64,000 nt of DNA from Nageia nagi (GCA_050084985.1 JBITNC010000002.1:6386001-6450000); one strand, 5' to 3'; counted from the stretch's first letter, positions 24,471-38,751 are shown. The notes: generated by a model from the sequence alone, not told the origin. Numbers and translations are program-made.

Positions 24471-24735
24471 TATGAACCGTTACACCAAAAGGTCGACCTG
24501 TTAGTGAATCCGCACACCCAGGATCTTAACATTCCACCATGCTCCGCATCCGCCATCCTCGGAGGCTCTCACTCGTGGCGGCTCTCACTCTAGTATTCGC
24601 TAGGTAGCCCTTTCCACGGTATCCCTTTTCGAGGATTCAAACTTGGGACTCATGGCTTGCTCTGATACCAAATGTTATGAACCATTACACCAAAAGGTCG
24701 ACTTGTTAGTGAATCCGCACACCCAGGATCTTTCA
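24471..24735 (-). mobile_element. Ultra-small TRIM (64-bp LTRs, 141-bp internal region)
   Basis: Direct repeats 24471-24527 and 24676-24732 (2 mismatches in 57), intact inner termini TAACA (24531) and TGTTA (24673), Met PBS at 24659-24670, purine-rich ATGGTGGAA at 24532-24540. Confidence 0.9.
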
Positions 24736-27060
24736 TCATCCATTGATTTTTCATTGACATAAGTATAATAAATGAAAGAAACTCTATCTTAGGACTTGCA
24801 AGCTTTCATCATCTATATATTTATCAATGATAAAAGGAACATAAATGAAAGAAATAATGCAATAATTGAGATGCCATTGAACTTAAAAAATATTTAAAGA
24901 TCATAATAAATTATAGAACATTTAACATCATGTGCACATTGGAACTTTAGAAATCATTAGAAATCATAGTAGTGTAATTGGAAAGAAAGAGATAAGGTGA
25001 GAAAAATCCCTTTTTTGGTGCATGATGATATGCCTCTAGGTATAGGTATTTATTTGTGAAATTACTACATTTACTTAATTTTTCCTTCAATGCTAGCATT
25101 GAGTAACAATTATAACTTAAGGACCATCTACTATTGCTAACTATCACATTATGAAATTTGAGCCTTTGTTAGGGTTTACCTTGGGATTATTTGAAAATAG
25201 TTTTTCTTGGGAATCTTTGAAGATAATTTTTCTTGGGAATCTTTTGATTTGACCTTTCTTTGTGAACATTGTGAGCATATGAGCATAAATGACCTTTGAA
25301 TTTGTGAGCATATGAAGATAGAAAAATTTGAAATCATGGGATTATGAGGGTATGCAAAGATAGAAAACTTTTAAATCATTTGAATCTTTGTGAATCTTAT
25401 GAACATATGAACGTAAAGGATATTTGCACTTGAAAATATTGTTACTCTTGAGAAATTATGACCTTTATGAACTTTGGAAATTAAAAAGTTTATGACTTTG
25501 TGAATAGAAAGAACATTTTGAACTTCATGAATCATAAGAGCATGTAAACATATAAAAGCATGTATGCATATAGATCATATATAACATATCATTATGCATA
25601 TAAAGCATAAAAATCATAACTAGGAGATAAGAGAGTTAAGTGCTCCAATCTTTTTAATTCTTGAGGGTATGTCCCCAAGATATGATCATATGCACCTTAT
25701 CATCAATGCTAGAGAATATTTAATTTGATCCTTCTAATTTTATTTAATGGAACATATGAGTCATTCTGATTATATTTTTTTGATTTTGAACCTTGAATCC
25801 TAGCACTAATGCTGTCAGGAGTGTTGACACTAGGAAACTTAGACATTTGGATCTTGATATTTTTGCCAATTTATCTTCTCATTCTCACTAACTTTTTTGA
25901 AATAAAAATCTAATTATGAGCCTAAAATCAAATATGAAACCTAATTTATCTAAAAAATTAATTCATATAAGAAACCTTATTGCCCCCAAGTTAAGAACTT
26001 ATTTCCCATTCCATGATAACCTTATAAGTTTGTCATGAGTAAGTGCATATGGAAATAAAACTTAAAAAATATCATGGATATATTAGAAATGTGCATGCAT
26101 ACTTAATATTCATTTATATTGGTACTTTAGAATAAAAACTTGCATTTTTGATGTTCTTGCACTTTTGACATTCTTGAAATTTCTTGGTAACTTTGAGCAA
26201 TTTTGAGTACATGAAATAACTTAGAATTGCATGAAAATATGAAAAATAATGATTAAAACACATGCATGAACCTGATATCATAGTTATATTCAAATTTGGC
26301 CTTAAGATTTTCTCTTTTCATGATTTTGGCCCTCTTGGTTCATGCTTGTCCATTTCTTGCAAACCTGTCATTATCATAAAACTGCCAACTTCGAAGAAGC
26401 ATAAATTTTGCTAAAGATATTATATTAGTATGATTATTTTTGCATTTGAAAATAATGAATTAAGAATTTTAATTTGACATATCAAACATGATAAATTTAT
26501 GAACAAGAATGGATTATATAGAGGTTGAAATAGACTTGATTTTTGCACTTTTCAAAACCTAAAACTTGAAATGGTCATATATTTTGAACCATGAGAAATT
26601 TTGAGACCTTTTTTTTGAATTTGGATAAATTTTTGAGCTTATACAAATAATCCATAATATTTTATTATGCATTCCATCTCTAGCGTTACCAACAACATTA
26701 GCGTTGAGCTACCTTTTGTAGATAAAAAATAATGCATAAGTGATAAAACAAAGCACTATTTATCTACAATATATTATTGAAGAATATATCAAAAATATAG
26801 AATCAAATGAACATGATAAACAATGTACCTTCATCTTACTTGAATCCAATGAAATAGTAGAGATCATACATCAAATGTCATAACACACCATAAGAAACAA
26901 ACACCACCAATGACCTAAGAATTCCATTAGCTTGTAAAAGACTCAGATCTATGAGCATAAATAAAGATATGCAAAAGCAAGATGAAGGGTTTAACAAATC
27001 CATGTAGAGGTGGTATTATGAAACACTATTGTTGATTGAATAGAATTATTTTGCATGTTT

Positions 27061-27064
<4 letters not shown>

Positions 27065-27094
<30 letters not shown>
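27065..27094. repeat. (TC)15 microsatellite
   Basis: Perfect dinucleotide run inside an LTR. Confidence 0.95.
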
Positions 27095-27100
<6 letters not shown>

Positions 27101-27648
27101 GATATCTATCGATGTTGATTGTGTTGCATTTGATATTATTTTATAGCAACGTTTTGATCCCCTTTGATTCTTGGGATCATTGCATATTACATTGTTTATG
27201 GTGTCTTTTTTGATATTTGATACTCTTTACATCAAATAACGGTCCATTACATTGATTACATTACCTTGGGTACATGTTACCCCATTTTACAATAAATATT
27301 CTTTGATGCTATAAAATGAATTATTTAATAAATAATAATTAATTTTTAGGCATCTATATTTTACCCCTCTTTGGAGGTGTGATTGAAGCAATAAAATTAC
27401 ATATCCAAAGAAGAAGTGTAGAAATTTTTTTTTTAAATTCCTTGAACTCTTCATCTAGCATTGCCATGTGATGATGAGGGTTTGACTTGGTTGCCCCAGG
27501 AAAGCTCCTTGAATGGTGTAGCCAAGAAAAAACTTAAAGAACTATATCATTTTTCCCCTTGCAATATTTTTGACATGAAAGGAACTTTGCTTCTTCATCT
27601 CTACTACTAGGGAGTCTTATGGTCCCACGTATAATATTCGAAATAGAA

Positions 27649-27860
27649 GAGGTTATTTTTCCCTTTACATTGTTCAACCATGGATATGGCCATTCCATCA
27701 TTTCTGATACTCAAGAATCTGATGATCTTACATCCATGCCTTGATACAAAAGAGGTTCTTTTACCCCTTACATTGTTCAACCATGGATTTGGCCATTCGT
27801 TTCTCATACTAAAAAATTGAATGATGTTACGTCCATGCCTTGATACAAAAGAGGTCCTTT
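27649..27860. repeat. Tandem repeat of about 100 bp, two copies plus a partial
   Basis: AGAGGTT..CCCTTTACATTGTTCAACCATGGAT..CCATGCCTTGATACAAA is repeated. Confidence 0.85.
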
Positions 27861-28201
27861 TATTTTAACTTTTGGTTCATTGATGTTCACATCGTTGGCT
27901 GTGTGAAAAAATGTTTCCATGCTATTGATAGTGTGGATTCTGTATCATTTTCTTTCCTTCTTTTGATGTATATACCTACAAATATATTAGATATACACTG
28001 CATGAAAAATATTTTGGATATGCAATGAGTTGTATCATCCATTCATGATGAGTTAATGTCAGCAATTTACTTATGATTGCATCATCAGTTTATATTTTAA
28101 GTGAGTGAACTCTCACTAGCCATATCGATGGCCATTGACAACCTAACATTTTTATGTCCATGGTCTGTAGACATTATACAATTTTTTTTTAAATTTTTTA
28201 T

Positions 28202-29590
28202 TTACATGTTTCTAACAGTGTGAGATAGTAATGCACACCACTGATAGCATGGATCCTCATCATATGCATTCAAAAATTCTTTTTGCACTATGGTACCATC
28301 ATTTTGAATGATTTTTGTAATCAGATTGATAATTGAGTGCCCTTTTTCATCATCTTGTTGAAACAATATTTCCCCTAAGGCATATAATGTGTCTAATATA
28401 TAAAGATATGCTTCTTTTTCAAAATCCATTAGAACTATAGTATGAATATATCCATCCATGAGAGACAATGTAATACTATCCATAATCATATCAATATTTG
28501 GCAATGAAATATCAACTCTTATCCCTCTAATAAGCTTATTAATATAAACCATCCATTCTGAATAATGCATGACAAAAGAAGGATCTAAACAAGGATCAAT
28601 ATAAGACCAAAATTACTATGACTCTCAATAAACTTGTTTGTGTACCTTTTTTCTTGTGGTGTTGGAAGAGTAACTTCAACTTCAACCAATTCATCAATTG
28701 AATAAATAAATTCATAATCTTTTTGTAATAGAACTAGTGATACATTCGAACTTGAAATCTCATTTACTTCCTCATTTTCCTCATTTGAGTTAGGAAATTT
28801 AGAACATGACCCCATGTACTCCAATATATCATCATGATTAAAACAATCAAATGCAAGTGGAATAACATCATTAAACCATGATTCATCATCAATATCATCA
28901 TAAATACAAAAAGAGAACATATCCTTATCCGATGTGTATAAACCTCTTTCAATACTCTTATAGCTATCAATCATGTATTCTTGCATAAAAGGATATGAAA
29001 ATATATTACCTGTTACTGTTTCCTCGATTGAAAGAGTTGGATCTAATGAGAGTGATGATGCAGAGCAAGAACCATCATCTTCAATATTATTTTCATGTTG
29101 CTGGCTACATATAGGAAGTATTACACACTGTTGAATGCATGATTCCTCATCATATTTATCTAAAAATTTCTCAATTTTGCACACTCCCATTCCTATCTTT
29201 GCAATCTCTAGATTTGAAGCATGCCATTGAATCTCATATTTTCCTTATGCAATGAGGTCCAAAATTGCAACCTCTAAAGCCTTACAAAAATTTGTAGAAT
29301 GACCCCTTCTTTGATGATAAACATAATAAGCATCAAAATTTCCCATTGAAACATTATCATCTTCTACTCTTCTATCTACTGGTTGCAATAAACCCTTCTT
29401 AATCAAATCTCTCAAAATGAACTATGATTGATGGCTACTAAAAATCTCAAATTTGGGGGCCTCTTGATCGGTTGGTGAGGAACAATTATGGATTTAATTT
29501 GAAACTTGTAATGCATCTATCTACTTCTATATATCATTTATTGATTTGGCTAACTACACTAGGGTTTGCTCCATTTTTCACATTGCTAAT
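28202..29590 (-). pseudogene. Gag-tail relic followed by an acidic ORF of unknown function
   Basis: CLYHQRRGHSTNFCKAL..ILDLI (Tat-type gag C-H-H-C motif) at about 29260-29325, then 201-aa and 122-aa ORFs joined by a frameshift. Confidence 0.55.
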
Positions 29591-32500
29591 GGTGTTAATG
29601 CTTCATAGAAATCTCAAGAGATCTCACCAATAGGGAAAGATTAATCAAAATAGTCATGTTCACCAAAATATAGACTCAAAATAATGCATAAATAATAAAT
29701 TGATGCACTATTTTTATACAATATAATATTGAAGCATATATCAAAAATATGACATCAAATGAACATGATAAATAATGTACCTTTGTCTAGCTTGCATCCA
29801 AATGAAATAGTAGAGATCATATATCAAATGCCATAGCATACCATAAGAAACAAACATCACCAATGGCCTAAGAGCATGCCATTAGATACGTAAATGAATC
29901 ATATCCATGAGTAGAAATAAATATACATGAAAGCAAGATGAAGGATTTAACAGATCCATGCCAAGGTGGTGTTACAAAACACTATTATTGGTCAGATAAA
30001 ATGATATTGCATGTTTGTTCTCTCTCTATGTCTCTCTTGATATCTACCGATGTTAATTGTGTTGTTTTTTATATTCTTTTATAACAACATTTTGATACTA
30101 TTTTATTCTTGGGATCATTGCATATTATATTTTTTATGGTGTCTTTCTTGATATTTGATACTTTTTACATCGTATAATGGTCCATTACATTGATTACATT
30201 GCCTTGGGTACATTTTACCTATTTTTACAATAAATATTTCTTGATGCTATAAAATGAATTATTTAATAAATAATAATTCATTGTTAGGCATCTACACCTT
30301 AATTAAAACATATCATTTTTTATCCAAAAAGATTGTCATACTGATATGATATTTTTGTACTGAACTTTTCTCATTTCTAAATTGATATTTTAACTTTAAT
30401 ACCAAGATAACATTTTGAAAACTTAGACACTTTGGATAGAATTAAGTGCAAACCTAGATAAACTTGGACATACTTGGGTTTACTTGGACATTATTGGATA
30501 AACTTGACCAAAAGATATAAAAAGATGATGGTTAATTATGCCCCCAACCAACAAAGGGGATAATCATAAGGTGATGGTTAATTATGCCTCCAAATAATAA
30601 AGATAAATGCAAAATATATTCATAAGAGTGTAGTCTTATGCTACATGATCTATGGATGTCTACCCTATATGAAATACATACCTATCCTACATGGTATAAA
30701 AATAATAAAAAAATCTATGTTAAATTAGGTTTTCCTTTATTATATGGTTGTATTAAATGTATCATGAGATCATGAATCTCTTCAATCAATTGAGGATGCT
30801 TCTTACCAATATTATCAATGATATTGAATAGCCATCCTTCTTGGGTGCACTGTGATGCTACGTGCATAAATTGCTTTGAATATTTCATGCTTTTTACTCA
30901 TTAAATATATCAAGTCATCAACATCTTAAAGAATATCATTAGTAGCATTAGCATCAATAAAAGTATCATCACAAGTCTCTTCAATTTCTTTGTGATATAT
31001 CATTTTCAAGTACTACTTATTCAATAGAAACATATATATCAAATTCTCCTTCGTATTCTAGATCTCCTTCCTCATAACATATTGTTTTATTTAATAAGAG
31101 CTTATGCAATTATTTTTTTATGCTAACAAATCCATCAATTGAATGAACTTTGACTTGATGATATAAGAAATGATTGTTCTCTTTGTATCAATGAGGTTTC
31201 TTTTTATTATTTGTATATTCTTTTCCCTTTTTTAGTTTTATATATGCTCCTCCTAAATTTTTTTGAACATCTTTGTAGGACTTATGGAAAGTTTATAAAA
31301 TGGTTATTTTATTTCTTTCTTCCTTATAGAAGTATCAATGTAAATATACTCATTAGTATTGGTATTTTCATCATTTTTAGCACCATCTATTATAACCAAA
31401 ATAATAATTAATTAGGATTATTTAAGATATTCAATTCAATAAAATATTAACAACATAATAGTAAGTAACAAATACATGAAAGATGAAAATGATCCAAAAT
31501 GACCTAATTGACCTTGACTCATCAAACTTAGATTAATGAAAGATACAAACTTGAACTTTACCTATCATGATAAACAAATGTGATATTCAATTGAAAGTTG
31601 ATGAATGATAAGATTTTATGAAACATGGAGCCACCAATTTGACCTCAACCTAGCGATGTTGCTAGGATCCTAGAGATGTCATCTAGTTATCTTTCCAATT
31701 CACCTTGGCCTTTCACTTGATATCATCATCAGACCTTCGATGTTCAAAATATCATTCATGGATAGTTTAGGAAGTTCATAGGATTACAAAGCTAAATGAA
31801 TAACAAAATCTAGATATGTATGGTGGTGTTGAGAAATATTGATCAAGAATGAAACAAGTATATTACCACCTATCAAGGATTTTGGATCATATCGTGATTT
31901 CTCATGCATAAACCTTCCATGTTTATATATAGTAGGTCTAGTACCAAAGCTCCTCCTTGGGATTATGGTGCACATGGGCCAAGAATCCTTGGGCTTATCT
32001 TCGGACCAACCTATTATCATAAAACATAAAGGTAGATAAGTATGCACAATGATAAGAGTAATTTATTTAATTAAATAAATACATTATTTCAAATACCTAA
32101 AAGGGTATTTAAATTAAATTAAAATTCCTTTTTAGGTGTTAACAAATGCTCCACTTTGAATATGATTTGATACTTTTGGGACAAAAGAAAATCAAAACAT
32201 AAATTCAAAGTATAACAAGATAAAAATATACTCCCTAAAAAAAATTTCTTCATGGTGACAACTTTAGATGCCTTGATTTTCACCAATGTTATGCCCCCTC
32301 TTTGCTTGGTTGTGATATGATGAACCTCTCATCATAGGAGCAATAAAAGATAAAGATAGAGGAACCTGTAATAAACTTAGATAAGAAACAATTTTGTGTA
32401 AAATATCTCAAATATAGACATTAACATCATATGATATGAAATTTATAAGAGAAAGAGATACAAAACATATCCTTGGTGGCTTATCCACAAAAATTGTATG

Positions 32501-35500
32501 AGAGAAGATCAATTTATGTGATATACCTAGACCTCCAAGACACCATGTTGCCATGGATTTTGATAAGCATGCCCCTCTCTTACAGAGAGACAAATAATAA
32601 GAATATGAGAAACTTAGATTCCCAAGCCATCATGTTTCCATGAATTTTGATAAGCATACCCCTCCCTTATAGAGAAATAAACGATAAGAATGTGATAGAC
32701 CTAGACTTCCAAGCCACCATGTCTCTATGGATTTTGATAAGTATTCAATATGATTTGATATAATATGAAAAGCATGATATGAAAAATAATTTTTGATAAG
32801 GAATATTCATAGAAAAGAAATTACCTTTTTTGTTCTCTTACTATTATAGAAAAAAAATGTTACAAAAATGATTGATTTGCATATTTTGAACATAGTGACA
32901 TCACTAGAAATAGAGTGTCATCTCTAGGATCATTTGTTATTTCTTAAAAACTTAGTATATAAATATACATGCATGATACAAAAAGATCAAACATAGAATC
33001 ATTCGAGGTGCATGACATTTATTGGATTCCTTTCTTATTTACCTTCAATTATGGATAATTATATGCACCTTTTTCATAATTAGCAATGATAATATAAGGA
33101 CTAATCCAGTTAGCTTTAAATTTACCTTTCTTTTTATTTTCTAGAGCTTTTGTTTTAAAAGATTTTCCTTTAAGACCAGGTCCCCTACCTTTAACTCTTT
33201 AGGCTTGATTTTCTTGATATATGCTCATTTGATTCTAGAATGATAGACTCCTAAGTGTTCTAGAGCATTTACTCTTTTCTCATCTAGGGCGTCTAGTTGG
33301 GATAATCTGACTTTCCTTTTATCCTCATCAAAAATAAAACCATCTAAAGATGCATATAATGATGAGATTTATAGTTCTAATGGAACAAAAGCTTCATCAC
33401 CATACATTAAAGAGAAAGGAGTTGCCCCAACAACAATCCTTATACTTGTTCTAAAAGCCCACAAGGCATAAGGTAACTATTCATGCTAATATTTACAATG
33501 CTTTTCAACAACTTTAAACAAGATATTTTTTATGAATTTATTAGAGGCTTCTACTTGACCATTACCTTGAGGATAGTAAGGGGTAGAGAACTTTATTTCA
33601 ATATGATATTCAATACAAAATTATTTAATTTCATTAACTTTAAAGCTTGTACATTATGCATAAATAATTTAGAAGGCACACTATATCTAGAAAGGATATA
33701 TTCAATAAGAAAATCAACAATCTTACCTTCTTTGGTAGACTTTATAGGGATGGCCTCCACCCACTTTGTGAAGTACTCTGTATCTGTAATGATAAACTTA
33801 TGGCCATCTCTAAAAATAAGGTTAACTTTGCCAATAAAATCAAGTGCCCAAATAAAAAAGGCCAAGGAAAAAAAAAAAGTGTAATCCATGAGATGGTGAG
33901 GGTTCAAGCTTAACATTATTTTGACATTGTTCATATTTCTTAACATGCAACTCATAAACTTTAAGCATAGTAGGCTAATAATAACCTAGTCTAAACAATC
34001 TTTGATAAACAAATTTAGCACAATAGTGTCTGCCACATTCCCCATCATGATCTTGATGGAGGGTCATTTCCACTTTATGCCTCATTATACAACATAAAAG
34101 AACACCATAAAAAGATCTTCTATATTACAAATCACCAAAGATAACATACTTTGTTGTTAACTTTTTAAGTCTAGTTCTAGCATTATGATAAAAATCACTA
34201 GGAATTACACTATTTTTAAGATAAGAAAAAATATCTTGGTACCATTAACATACATTAATAAATGTGGCTAAAAAGAAATGATATTCAATGAAATTTGTAA
34301 CAAAATAAGAATGAGAAGGTATACTTAAAGTTTTAATTGTAAGTATTATATCTTCATCTTAAATATTAATAGGAACAAGAGAAGAACCACTAGCCATAAC
34401 ATCAACATACCTATTGTTATCTCTTGGGATATTTTCAATATGGTAATCATAAAAATATATAAGAATATCTATTACCATTTCTTTGTATGGTTGCAACTTC
34501 CCATATTTAGTGTTGTAGATGTAATTAACTTGTTTTAACACCAATTATGAATCACCAAAGATCTTGATCTGCTACACTTTCAAAAGTATAATTATATTCA
34601 AACTTAGAATAAGAGCTTCATACTCATCCATGTTGTTAGTATAATTAAAATTTAATCGATAAGCCATAGGAATAACATCACCAAGAGTGTTAATTAAAAT
34701 AATTCCTTCCTCGGTTCCATGTATGCACTTGAAACCATTGAAGAATAATGTCCACTCATCTATTTCTAAAAAATGATAAAAGCTTATAAGAATTTAGACT
34801 TGTTAATGGAGTAGTGCCACCTAGACATAGCACTTTCACTAGGATTAGGAGATGTTTCATTACTTACTTCATCAAGAAATTCTCCATGTACTATGAATAT
34901 TTCATTTCCTAGGTGATTGATGATGAAATATGCAATAACCTATCCTTAATGGAATTATGAGTTACAAAAACCAAATCAAATTCTTTAAGCAACATTATCC
35001 TTTTTGTAGCTCTTCTAGATAAATAAGGTTTGGACATCAAATATCTCAAAGGATCTATTTGAGCTATAACATAAGTTGTATTTCCAAGCATGCAATGTCT
35101 TAGCTTTTCAATTGAAACTAGAATAACAAAACACATCTTCTCTATTAGTGTGTAACTTGTATCATAATCAAACAAGGTTTTGCTAATGTAGTAAATTGCT
35201 TGTTCTTTACCTTCATCATCCTTTTAAGCCAACATTACCTCCAATGCACTTAATGTTGTGGAAACATAAAACAATAAACTTCTTTTAGAATCATAAAGGG
35301 TCAAAATAGGAGCATTAGTAAGGTACCTATTTATGTTTTATAGATGTTTTTGACACTTTTCATCCTAAATAAACTTCTTACCTTTCTTCAATAAATGAGA
35401 AAATGGGGCTATCATATTGGCTAGTTGAGCAACAAATCTTCTTAAAGCTTGTACCTTACCTTGAAGGCTTCTCAAATAGTTCAAATTTTGAGGTGGAGGA

Positions 35501-38500
35501 ATAACAACAATTTTTGAAACTTTATTAAGATCCACCTCAATTCCTCTTTTGAAAATAATAAAACCATGTAACTTACCAGGAGAAACTCTAAATGCACACT
35601 TTGGGGTTTTAATTTTAATTTAAATTCTCTCATTTGTTGAATTCTTTTCCTTAAATCTGAAATATGATCATCTTTTCTGGTAGATTTGGCAAGAATGTCA
35701 TCAACATAAACCTTTACTAAATAATGAATCATATCATAGAAATTGCTTACTACATCTCTTTGATAAGTATCTCATGCATTGTTCAATCCAAAAGGCATGA
35801 CTACTTAACAAAATATGCCCCAAGGAGTAACAAAAGTTGTCTTATGTTGATCCTCCTTGTTTATCCTTATTTGATTATAGCCAAAGAAACCATCCATGAA
35901 AGATAAAATTTCATGGCTTTCTATAGAATCTACAATTATGTTAATATTTGGTAGAGGAAAAACATGTTTAGGAAATGCCTTGTTTATATCTCTAAAATAT
36001 GTATAACATCTCACTTCACCATTAGGCTTAGTTATAGGAAAAATGTTATAAATCCATGGAGAATAATTAATAGGAATAATAAAACCACCAATAATATATT
36101 TTTCTATTTTAAAAAAAAATTTGTAATGCTACTTTAGGATGAATTTTTCTAGGTTTTTCTTGGACTAGTTTAGCATTATCATTAACAACTAGGCTATGAG
36201 TGAAAAACTTAGGATCAAGAATAGGCATGCTAAATCAAGACCAATTAGACACATCAAGTAATTCTACCAATAGTATGTAGTACCTTTCCCTTTCCTACAA
36301 GGTTTAACTAAGCTCCTATTTCGATAAACTTTGGAATATCTTTGATACCGATGTTTACTTCCACTATTTCCTGACTAAGATAGGAAATTTTTTCACTAAG
36401 TTGGGGAGGCATAGGTAATGCCCTAGTATTGCATCCAAACTTAGCTATAATATACTCAAAAAATGGAGCAGTGCTTTTGGATGTTGAATAGCATTGCCCC
36501 AATAAGGATGCACAATATTGATACTTAAATTATTAATGACTCAACTCTATGACTAAATTTACAAAAAAAAAATGAAGAGAAGAAAATAATAGGGAACTAA
36601 CCTATAATGTCTACATCATCCTTGAAAACTTCATCTCCAAAATAATCTTGATATTATAGGAACTATATATATAACCTATTTTAACTAGATTTGGAAAACT
36701 CATTCCTTATCCCCGACATCTCAATAATAACATCATCATCCTAAAAAACATCCACTCAAATAGGAGCACTAGGTGGAAAGAATGGATCTACAAAATAAGC
36801 TTGTAATTCTTCATGTGGGCCATGCATTATAGTGCAATGTATCCATTCATCAAATACATATCTATCACTACCCTATGCACTTGTCTCTACATGTTGGATA
36901 AGCAAAGTTGAAGTTGATTTCATAGAGCTTGAAGCCTCAAAACCAATGCCAAATTTTATTTTTTGTTGAATTTCATTTGGGATGGGCTCAACAATGCCTT
37001 GCTCAACCTTACCTAATCCTTTACCATCATATTTATATTTTTGCATATATTTATTAGCAAAAGTAGAACCAATGCTATTGAAATGCAAACTTACCTAATC
37101 AGAGGAAATTTGAGAAATAAATACATCATCATCATGATCTGACTAAACTTTTTCTTCTTATTCCTAATAAAGGATACTTAAGTTTGTAACAAGATCTTCA
37201 AATTTATCAGGAACAAAGTGATGATACTCAAAATCATCCTCATCTGAGTAATGTCACTATGCTTTAGGTATAGATAGGGTCCATCCCATTTCCTTGAAAC
37301 TCTATCATATGTCAAAATCTAGAATTTGATATGTACCCATGCTTACTTCTTGCAGAAAAATCTCTTTAAATGGCTTTGCCACTCCTTCTTCATCATCAAA
37401 TAGATCATAAGTGATCCAAAATCACTGAGCTACTTGGTACAAACCTATTGCATTCTCTTATGCATAGATTGTAACTATATTACCTTTGTACATAAATGTT
37501 TTTGACCAATGCAATGTGGAAGTTACAAATTTAAGTTTATGGATCCAAGGTTTACCAAATAATAAATTATATGGGAATTTTGCTTGAAAAATATAAACTT
37601 TTTGATTAACATATTTACCTCCTACTTCAATAAGCATAGTAACATGCCTAATGCATTCCTTTTCAATATTACCAAAGCCTTTTATGCTAATAGCAGGTTT
37701 GTTCATTTTTGAATAAATGGAAGTAAAATACTTTTGTAACAAATCAATTGAACAAACATTGATATTATAACTAGTATCAACCAATGCTATTTTAATAGGA
37801 ATGCCATCAACATTTATATAGATATACAAACCTAAGTTCTTTTCAATGACATCTTCACTAGGTAATTCACTATCTTGAAAGTAATGTATATTACAAGTTA
37901 AATATGTATCAATATTAACAACTAATTCAGTAAACTTTACAACATGAATATTTCTATCTATTTCAATCTTTTTAATACATCAAACAAAGCATTTATATGA
38001 TCTATGAATAATTACAAGAGATCAAAAATACTTATATTGGCATGCATTACCTTTAGTTGTTTAAGGAATTTTTGCACACCTGAATTGCATGGAACCTCCA
38101 TCCTTTCAACAGTTGTTGGGTGAACATTCCCTCTAGGCCTCCCTCTCTTAGTGATGCTACACAATTCATCATTGAATATGACATTCATCATGAGAGTTTT
38201 TGCTCCTTTAGACTCAACTAATCTCGCTTCATAATGGATTTTTCCATCATCAAGAAATTTCCTTAGTTGCTTTCTTAAAATCATACAAGCATTTGTTTTG
38301 TGACCTTTGACTTTGTGATATTCATAAAATTCCCCTTCATTATACCAACTAAGTTTATCATCATTGGGACCTATTTCTTACTTTAGATTAGGTGCAATCA
38401 ATCTCTTTTACAGACAATCTTGAAACATAACTACTAGGGATAAAGGTAACTTGTATTCTTGAAATTTTGTTTGGATTTTCTTTTGTTGCTCTTTTTTTTG

Positions 38501-38751
38501 AGGTTCCTCAATGGCATGAATCTCTTTATCTTCTTTTTTCTGATATCCTCCTCTTTTTTTCTCTTTAGAAGAATTACCATAATTCAATTTTCCCATATCA
38601 TCCAAATATTTTTCCTTTTATACTATTGTTGATTAGGATCGTGTAATATATGCACCGTGAGCAATCTTAACCAAAGTAAATCATGAACAGACTATAGTGA
38701 CAGTCTGATCTCCGGAGAAGGCCGGTTCCTTATCTATTGGGCATAGAAAAA

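Larger units (their letters stand above)
26717..30296 (-). mobile_element. 3.58-kb non-autonomous LTR element (no pol)
   Basis: LTR pair 26717-27358 and 29669-30296, termini TGTAGA...TCTACA, TSD CCTTT/CCTTA, PBS-like TGGTGAAC at about 29652-29665, PPT at 27359-27372. Confidence 0.88.

Noticed and set aside
24471-24735. Cassandra element or a tRNA gene
   Set aside because: No 5S rRNA-derived segment in the LTRs, and no cloverleaf apparent.
31784-32047. Similar 85-87 aa ORFs at 31784 and 41466 as a duplicated gene
   Set aside because: Both lie inside the two LTRs of element B, so the similarity simply reflects the LTR pair.
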